A stretch of DNA of 64,000 bases from Eledone cirrhosa (lineage: Eukaryota). The stretch lies in the NCBI GenBank assembly GCA_964016885.1, contig OZ024747.1, positions 55,738,001 through 55,802,000 of the forward strand, given 5' to 3'. A program made the position numbers and the translations under genes. Below are positions 55,696-64,000 of the stretch, piece after piece. Position 1 is the first letter of the stretch. Every line of letters starts with the position of its first letter. The notes below the pieces were generated by a model. That model made no database searches. It was not told the origin of the DNA and was given only the letters and a program-made list of their open reading frames with translations.

Positions 55696-56009
55696 ATGTG
55701 TCAATATATTTATGGTTATTGATCTGATATTCATTTTTATAATTGATGGTATTTTGTGCCAAAAGTTTGGTAAAATCATGATTAAAAAATTCTGATGTTG
55801 CCAAATCTCATCTTTACCCAAATTTCCAATTCTTCTCATTGGTTAATTACTATTCTATTTCATAAAAATATAAATATTTCCCTCCTATTTCTTTTGGAAT
55901 ACATCATTGCCATTGGTTAGTTAGACTTTTGAAAAGAAATAGGCTGGTGTTTGACTTCCTTTGGTATCTTCACTAGAATAATACAATAATGTGACTGTTC
56001 TTATGATAC

Positions 56010-56014
56010 AGTTG

Positions 56015-56046
<32 letters not shown>

Positions 56047-58785
56047 GCTGGTGTTCTGGTTGTCGTTGTAGTTGTTGTTGCTGTGGGTGGTAGTGGTGTT
56101 TTGGTTGTGGTTGGTCGTGGTGGTGATTTGGTTGTGGTTGGTCGTGGTGGTTAGTGGTGGTGTTTGGTTGTTGTGGTTAGTGGTGGTGTTTGGTTGTTGT
56201 GGTTAGTGGTGGTGTTTGGTTGTTGTCATGGTGGTGGTGGTGGTGTTTGGTTGTTGTGGTTAGTGGTGGTGTTTGGTTGTTGTGGTTAGTGGTGGTGCTT
56301 GGTTGTTGTGGTGATGATGGTGTTTGGTTGTTGTGGTTAGTGGTGGTGTTTGGTTGTTGTCGTTGTGGTGGTGGTGGTGGTGTTTGGTTGTTGTGGTTAG
56401 TGGTGGTGTTTGGTTGTTGTTGTGATGATGGTGTTTGGTTGTTGTGGTTAGTGGTGGTGTTTGGTTGTTGTGGTGATGATGGTGTTTGGTTGTTGTGGTT
56501 AGTGGTGGTGTTTGGTTGTTGTCGTTGTGGTGGTGGTGTTTGGTTGTTGTGGTGATGATGGTGTTTGGTTGTTGTGGTTAGTGGTGGTGTTTGGTTGTTG
56601 TGGTTAGTGGTGGTGTTTGGTTGTTGTGGCGGTGGTGGTGGTGGTGTTTGGTTGTTGTGGTGGTGTTTGGTTGTTGTGGTGGTGGTGGTGTTTGGTTGTT
56701 GTGGTTAGTGGTGGTGTTTGGTTGTTGTGGTGGTGGTGGTGGTGGTGGTGGTGTTTGGTTGTTGTGGTTAGTGGTGGTGTTTGGTTGTTGTGGTGATGAT
56801 GGTGTTTGGTTGTTGTGGTTAGTGGTGGTGCTTGGTTGTTGTGGTGATGATGGTGTTTGGTTGTTGTGGTTAGTGGTGGTGTTTGGTTGTTGTCGTTGTG
56901 GTGGTGGTGGTGGTGTTTGGTTGTTGTGGTTAGTGGTGGTGTTTGGTTGTTGTGGTGGTGGTGGTGGTGGTGGTGGTGTTTGGTTGTTGTGGTTAGTGGT
57001 GGTGTTTGGTTGTTGTGGTGATGATGGTGTTTGGTTGTTGTGGTTAGTGGTGGTGTTTGGTTGTTGTGGTGGTGGTGGTGGTGGTGGTGGTGTTTGGTTG
57101 TTGTGGTTAGTGGTGGTGTTTGGTTGTTGTGGTGGTGGTGGTGGTGGTGGTGGTGTTTGGTTGTTGTGGTTAGTGGTGGTGTTTGGTTGTTGTGGTGATG
57201 ATGGTGTTTGGTTGTTGTGGTTAGTGGTGGTGCTTGGTTGTTGTGGTGATGATGGTGTTTGGTTGTTGTGGTTAGTGGTGGTGTTTGGTTGTTGTCGTTG
57301 TGGTGGTGGTGGTGGTGTTTGGTTGTTGTGGTTAGTGGTGGTGTTTGGTTGTTGTTGTGATGATGGTGTTTGGTTGTTGTGGTTAGTGGTGGTGTTTGGT
57401 TGTTGTGGTGATGATGGTGTTTGGTTGTTGTGGTTAGTGGTGGTGTTTGGTTGTTGTCGTTGTGGTGGTGGTGTTTGGTTGTTGTGGTGATGATGGTGTT
57501 TGGTTGTTGTGGTTAGTGGTGGTGTTTGGTTGTTGTCGTTGTGGTGGTGGTGGTGGTGGTGTTTGGTTGTTGTGGTTAGTGGTGGTGTTTGGTTGTTGTG
57601 GCAGTGGTGGTGGTGGTGTTTGGTTGTTGTGGTTAGTGGTGGTGTTTGGTTGTTGTGGCGGTGGTGGTGGTGGTGTTTGGTTGTTGTGGTGGTGTTTGGT
57701 TGTTGTGGTGGTGGTGGTGTTTGGTTGTTGTGGTTAGTGGTGGTGTTTGGTTGTTGTGGTGGTGGTGGTGGTGGTGGTGGTGTTTGGTTGTTGTGGTTAG
57801 TGGTGGTGTTTGGTTGTTGTGGTGATGATGGTGTTTGGTTGTTGTGGTTAGTGGTGGTGTTTGGTTGTTGTCGTTGTGGTGGTGGTGGTGGTGGTGGTGT
57901 TTGGTTGTTGTGGTTAGTGGTGGTGTTTGGTTGTTGTGGCAGTGGTGGTGGTGGTGTTTGGTTGTTGTGGTTAGTGGTGGTGGTGGTGGTGTTTGGTTGT
58001 TGTGGTTAGTGGTGGTGTTTGGTTGTTGTGGCAGTGGTGGTGGTGGTGTTTGGTTGTTGTGGTTAGTGGTGGTGTTTGGTTGTTGTGGCAGTGGTGGTGG
58101 TGGTGTTTGGTTGTTGTGGTTAGTGGTGGTGTTTGGTTGTTGTGGTGGTGGTGATGTTTGGTTGTTGTGGTTAGTGGTGGTGTTTGGTTGTTGTGTTGAT
58201 GATGGTGTTTGGTTGTTGTGGTTAGTGGTGGTGTTTGGTTGTTGTGTTGATGATGGTGGTGGTGGTGTTTGGTTGTTGTGGCGGTGGTGGTGGTGGTGTT
58301 TGGTTGTTGTGGTGGTGGTGGTGTTTGGTTGTTGTGGTTAGTGGTGGTGTTTGGTTGTTGTGGTGATGATGGTGTTTGGTTGTTGTGGTTAGTGGTGGTG
58401 TTTGGTTGTTGTGGTTAGTGGTGGTGTTTGGTTGTTGTGGTGGTGGTGGTGGTGGTGGTGTTTGGTTGTTGTGGTTAGTGGTGGTGTTTGGTTGTTGTGG
58501 TTAGTGGTGGTGTTTGGTTGTTGTCGTGGTGGTGGTGGTGGTGTTTGGTTGTTGTGGTTAGTGGTGGTGTTTGGTTGTTGTTGTGGTGGTGGTGGTGTTT
58601 GGTTGTTGTGGTTAGTGGTGGTGTTTGGTTGTTGTGGTGATGGTGGTGTTTGGTTGTTGTTGGTGATGCTGTTGCTGTTTCTGGTGGTGTTCTTGGTGGT
58701 GTTGGTGCTCATAGTATTTTGGTTGTTGCTGTTGTTGCTGGTAGTGGTGGTGGTTTGGTTGGCGTTGTTTTGGTTGTTGTTGTTT
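56010..58785. repeat. GT-rich minisatellite (ggtgtttggttgttgtggttagtggt, 26 bp core with variable GGT)
   Basis: Direct reading; nearly purely G/T on the plus strand. Confidence 0.95.
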
Positions 58786-59446
58786 TAACTGTAGTTTTCA
58801 CTATAGTTTTCACTATATTGTATTGTAATCAGTGACTATCAACTATTCAACATTACCAACATGTTAACATAATATGTGTGATACACCATATTGTTAACAA
58901 GTATCCCTTGTATAAATGTTCTCCTCGGACAGCATAATATCCATGCAGTTGCATTGCTGTGATGATTCTAGATGAAAGAAGACCTACCTGCATAGACTGC
59001 TTAAACAATCTTCCCCATACTTCTCATACAGCTTAAACAACCTCCTAGCAACGTCGAGATCATCTCACCCAAGGCTAAGCTCAAGCAAAGATGTAAATTA
59101 ATCTTTTGGATGTTGTCACTATGAACCACAAGTGAGTATTTAAAACATTCAGTGAAGCCAAATGACTTCATGGCTTGTGACAGACATTATCTGCACAAAA
59201 ACTGCCAGATGTCCACCATCTTGAGGGCTGAAGACTTTGAAATTTTTATTTTCAAAAAAGATTATGGTTTTCCATTCCAATATATATATATATTGCCATT
59301 ACCGCTACCATCATGAACACAATATAACCTATCACTATGAATACTGGCTCCACTATTATTACTATTGCCATTATTTTCACCATTATTAACTCATCACCTC
59401 TACCACTGCTGCCGACACTATCACAAAACACTACTACTACTGTTTA

Positions 59447-60253
59447 TAATAATTGTTTCTACTTTTGGCACAAGGCCAGCAATTACCCAGTACATTACTG
59501 GTACTTTATTTTATTGACCACCGTAAGGATGAAAGTCAAAGTTAACCTCAGCGGGAGTTGAACTCAGAACGTAAAGGGCCATAACTCTATGCTGCAAAAC
59601 ATGGTATTTGATGCTCTATCGATTCTAGTGATCTAGGCTGATAAATATGGCTTGTTGGGAGACATTTAAATTGTAATAATAATGATAATAATTGTTTCTA
59701 CTTTTTGGCACAAGGCCAGCAATTATCCCAGTGTATTACTGGTACTTTATTTTATCGACGCCGTAAGGATGAAAGCCAAAGTTAACCTCGGCGGGATTTG
59801 AACTCAGATCGTAAAGGGACGTAACTCTTTGCGTCAAAGCATGGCATCCGACCCTCTACTGATACCACCGATTTCTAGTGTAGGCACAAGGCCACTAATT
59901 TGGGGGGGAGGGGAAAGTTGAATAAATCGACCCCAGTGTGTGACTGGTACTTTATTTTACCGACCCTGTAAGGATGAAAGGCAAAGTTAACCTAGGCGGG
60001 ATTTGAACTCAGACCATAAAGGGACGTAACTCTATGCTGCAAATACTGCCAATACTGTTTATAATAATTGTTTCTTCTTTTGGCACAAGGCCAGCAATTG
60101 CCCCCAGTGCCTTACTGGTACTTTATTTTATCGACTCTGTAAGGATGAAGGGCAAAGTTAACCTCAGCAGGATTTGAACTCGGGATGGCAAGGGCCGTAA
60201 CTCTATGCGTCAAAGCATGGCGTCCGACCCTCTACCGATACTGCCAATCCACC
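59447..60253 (-). mobile_element. Cluster of four co-oriented family-A SINEs (about 59447-59625, 59686-59866, 59871-60052, 60062-60253)
   Basis: Four reverse-complement cores and B-boxes (gg(g)atttgaactc). Confidence 0.9.
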
Positions 60254-60407
60254 TGCTACAGTTGTTGCTATTGTGGTCAGTTATCATACTGACTGGCTGG
60301 GTGGATTGGTCAGTTGTTGTGGTGGTGTAGTGGCTGCGCTGTTGATGGTGGGACTGTATGTTTGGGCAATGGTTGTGGGATTGCGGACAGTTGTATGTTG
60401 TGGATGG

Positions 60408-61195
60408 TGTGACTGTACAGTTTGTTAGTGGTGATGGTGGTCTTTTAGTGTTGGTAGTTGTATGTTGGTGATATAGTGTGACTGTATAGTCTGTTAGTGG
60501 TGATGGTGGTCTTTTAGTGTTGGTAGTTGTATATTGGTGATATAGTGTGACTGTATAGTCTGTTAGTGATGGTGGTCTTTTATTGTTGGTAGTTGTATGT
60601 TGGTGATATAGTGTGACTGTATAGTCTGTTCGTGGTGATGGTGTTTTATTGTTGGTAGCTGTATGTTGGTGATATAGTGTGACTGTATAGTCTGTTAGTG
60701 GTGGTGGTCTTTTATTGTTGGTAGTTGTATGTTGGTGATATAGTGTGACTGTATAGTCTGTTAGTGATGGTGGTCTTTTATTGTTGGTAGTTGTATGTTG
60801 GTGATATAGTGTGACTGTATAGTCTGTTAGTGATGGTGGTCTTTTATTGTTGGTAGTTGTATGTTGGTGATATAGTGTGACTGTATAGTCTGTTCGTGGT
60901 GATGGTGTTTTATTGTTGGTAGCTGTATGTTGGTGATATAGTGTGACTGTATAGTCTGTTAGTGGTGGTGGTCTTTTATTGTTGGTAGTTGTATGTTGGT
61001 GATATAGTGTGACTGTATAGTCTGTTAGTGATGGTGGTCTTTTATTGTTGGTAGTTGTATGTTGGTGATATAGTGTGACTGTATAGTCTGTTCGTGGTGA
61101 TGGTGTTTTATTGTTGGTAGCTGTATGTTGGTGATATAGTGTGACTGTATAGTCTGTTAGTGGTGGTGGTCTTTTATTGTTGGTAGTTGTATGCT
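60408..61195. repeat. Minisatellite of about 56-59 bp, about 13 copies
   Basis: Unit gtgtgactgtatagtctgttagtgatggtggtcttttattgttggtagttgtatgttggtgatata. Confidence 0.95.
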
Positions 61196-61411
61196 GTGGA
61201 TGGTTGGTTTGTCTTAGGTAAGTGGCTGTTATTTTGTGTAGTTGTATTTCTTTGTTATTCTTTATTTTACACTGTTTATTCAGGGAGAGAAGAACACAGT
61301 CTATGACCCTTTTGCAGGGTAGCTTCTGCTAAAGGCTTCCAAGGGCCAAGGTGATGGTCATATGAAATGGTATTGGTAGTGGTGATGTGGCATTGATTCA
61401 TACATGGTAAT

Positions 61412-61602
61412 GGTTTCTGATTTAGGCACAAGGCCAACAATATTTTGTAAGGATGGGATAGTCGATTAAAGTGACTCCAATATATTACTGGTACTTTATT
61501 TCATTGACACCATAAGGATGAAAGGCAAAGCTAACCTCGGCGGAATTTGAACTCAGAATGTAATGGGCTATAACTCTTTGCTGCAAAGCATGGGGTCCGA
61601 GA
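61412..61602 (-). mobile_element. Family-A SINE (long-tail variant)
   Basis: Reverse-complement core and B-box. Confidence 0.85.
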
Positions 61603-62152
61603 TTGTGCTGAACTAGTAACTAAAATATGTGTTGTAATGTTAGTCATGGTGATGGGATGGCAGTGATGGTAATAATTGAGGTACACTAGAAGATATGAAA
61701 TATTGAGATATCTGTTCAATCTATGGCAGAGGAAAAAGGTTGTATAGTGTGGCAGGCTAGGTGATATTACTAACACCATCCCAATAGAGACATTTTTAAA
61801 AATTTTTCTACACTGAAGGGATTATCAGGCATAAATGCTAGATAATGAACAGAAAAAAAGTGTAGAGAGAGGGAGCACAATAGCAGTTCTTTCTCTCTAG
61901 TTCTATCAGTCCTTCCAGATTGAGGTCTTGATCCTTAGCTAAAGAATAAAGTCCTTTCTTTGTCTGTGAGCAGGCAGAGATTTTCCAATAGACTTACAGC
62001 AGCGTTCAATGGTAAAAGAAACCAACATTGATAAAAATAAAATATATATAAATATAAAAGACATTTTGATCATACATACATATAGATTTATATACGTGTA
62101 TATGTATGTGTGTATATATGTTTATATGTATGTTGATCATACACACATATAG

Positions 62153-62192
<40 letters not shown>

Positions 62193-63211
62193 ATATGTAT
62201 AATGTTCATACATATATAAATATAAAAGACATTTTGATCATACATGCATATAGATTTATATACGTGTATATATATGTATGTGTGTATATATGTTTATATG
62301 TATGCTGATTATACACACAAATAGATATATATATATTTATGTGTATATGTATAATGTTTATATATATATATATATAGATTTATATGTATGTGTATATGTT
62401 TAATCATACATATATATAGAGAGAGATTTATATATATCTATGTTTATCGTACATACATATAGATTTATATATACTTATCTGTATGTTGACCATACACATA
62501 TATAGATTTATATGTATATGTATGTGTATATGTATGTTAATATGTAACTACAAATATATATATACTCTCTCATCCTCTATTGTTCCCATCTTTTTCTACT
62601 TTCCTCTCTCTCTCTCTCAATATACACTTTTACTAGTTTCTGTCATTAGACTGCAGCCATGCTGGGGCACTTTCTATAGTCACTCATAACAAACCCAATA
62701 CATGTTTCTTTCAAATCTTGTACTTATTTTATTGATTTTTCTGTTGAACCATTAAGTTAGAGAACATAAACAAGGACACACATGTCAATGGACTTCTGCA
62801 GTTTCTGCCTACCAAATTCTTCACACAAGGCATTTATCAACCTGAGGATATAGTAAAAGGCACAGTGGGAGTAAATTCAAGATCATGTGGTTGCAAAGCG
62901 AATTAGTGACCCATACATCTATTCTTGCACCTCTACATACACATATATAGCATATTTCCCAGCATCCAACACACACTGACATTGAGGGCACACCCACATT
63001 TTGTGTTGCCAAATTTTGAACAAAATAGACTAGGACTGTTTCATTTATTTGTAATCATAAACGTAGAAAACAATTCTTGCCCTGTAGAAGTAATTTCTAT
63101 ATGAGATAGATGTGTACCTTCTCTACTAATGTATTGAGTACCTCATTTAACAGTGTTTCTCTTCTATTCCTCTTCAAAAAACCGTTCTTAGTTTATATAT
63201 ATATAATATAT

Positions 63212-63413
63212 AGGAAAATGTTTGACCCTGACGGCAGAGCTCAAGCTGTTTCAACGGGTATTTCTGGACTAAATTTAGTCCAGAAATAGCCATCAAAACG
63301 GCTTGAGCTCTGCCGTCGGGGTCAAACATTTTCCTATTACCCACTCTACTACCCTAAGTATTGAGTACTCTGGTGCGTTATGGTCAATCTGGTTCCTTAC
63401 CACACTTCCTTCG

Positions 63414-63416
<3 letters not shown>
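63212..63416 (+). mobile_element. Palindrome-plus-tail element, copy 4
   Basis: aggaaaatgtttgaccctgacggcagagctcaagc...ctggactaaatttagtccag...gcttgagctctgccgtcggggtcaaacattttcct (63212-63335) plus the shared tail. Confidence 0.9.
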
Positions 63417-63447
<31 letters not shown>

Positions 63448-64000
63448 TCCTTGCTAGCAGGGAAAATGGACATTAAATGATGTTGGTGGTTATGATGATG
63501 TAAATATTTACCCTGTGTATTTTGTATTTGGAATGCAAAAGCTGTGAGTTGCTCCTGTGTGTTTTGTTATGTTTTGTATTACAGAGAATCAGTTCTCTGA
63601 AGTAGAACTGATCTGGACTGTTGAACAACAACAATAACTACAACAACTAACATACAATCATATATAATGAATACAATAGTGATATATAAGTGTGATTAGG
63701 CTGTTGTTTCAATTAAGTGAATACTTGATTAAAAAGCCAATCAGATAGGGTATTTTTTATCCAATATTAATAATTACCACAACCTCGAAAACTGATTAAT
63801 ATTTTAATTACTTGTGTTTTGTTTCCTGTTCTTTGGTTTATTGTGTCCATTCCAGCAGATAGCTCTACCTTAACCCTTTCATCAATAGATTTAGGTTTTT
63901 CGTGTGGCTTTATTCTCTTCTCACTGCAGATAGTGTTCTACACAAACATATACTGCTGTAACTATTACAAAATAAATAAAAAAAATATTATTGATATCAA

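Noticed and set aside
56010-58785. GGTTAG-containing G-rich array as a telomere or CRISPR-like array
   Set aside because: No (TTAGGG)n or (TTAGG)n run, interstitial position, and no unique spacers between repeats
58985-59065. Minus-strand frame DDLDVARRLFKLYEKYGEDCLSSLC ending at CAG|gtaggt as an exon
   Set aside because: In-frame stop immediately upstream and a poor acceptor; no recognisable homology
60408-61195. Regular 56-59 bp repeats as a CRISPR array
   Set aside because: Whole units repeat with no distinct spacers; eukaryotic context and no cas genes

Overview
AT-rich eukaryotic (metazoan) genomic DNA with no intact host gene visible. The mix of very long (TA)n/(CA)n/(CAT)n/(AAT)n microsatellites, RTE and R4/Dong LINEs, tRNA-derived SINEs and Penelope-like elements suggests an octopus/coleoid cephalopod (inference). 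Almost all ORFs in the supplied track are microsatellite artefacts. Real protein-coding remnants are all transposon-derived: RTE RT with an inserted PHD-type finger, a CRE-like RLE element, R4/Dong RLE elements, a Helitron fragment and a Penelope-like GIY-YIG endonuclease. The main signal the ORF track misses is a set of about 9 minimal type-I hammerhead ribozyme motifs from about 6 different sequence families between 29.5 and 48.3 kb. Six sit as mirror-image pairs in three long non-coding fold-back elements inserted at (TA)n tracts, and one lies downstream of the GIY-YIG ORF, tying the set to Penelope-like retroelements. A second notable signal is a four-copy palindrome-plus-tail element whose two arms co-vary between copies. 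All folds were read by eye, not computed.
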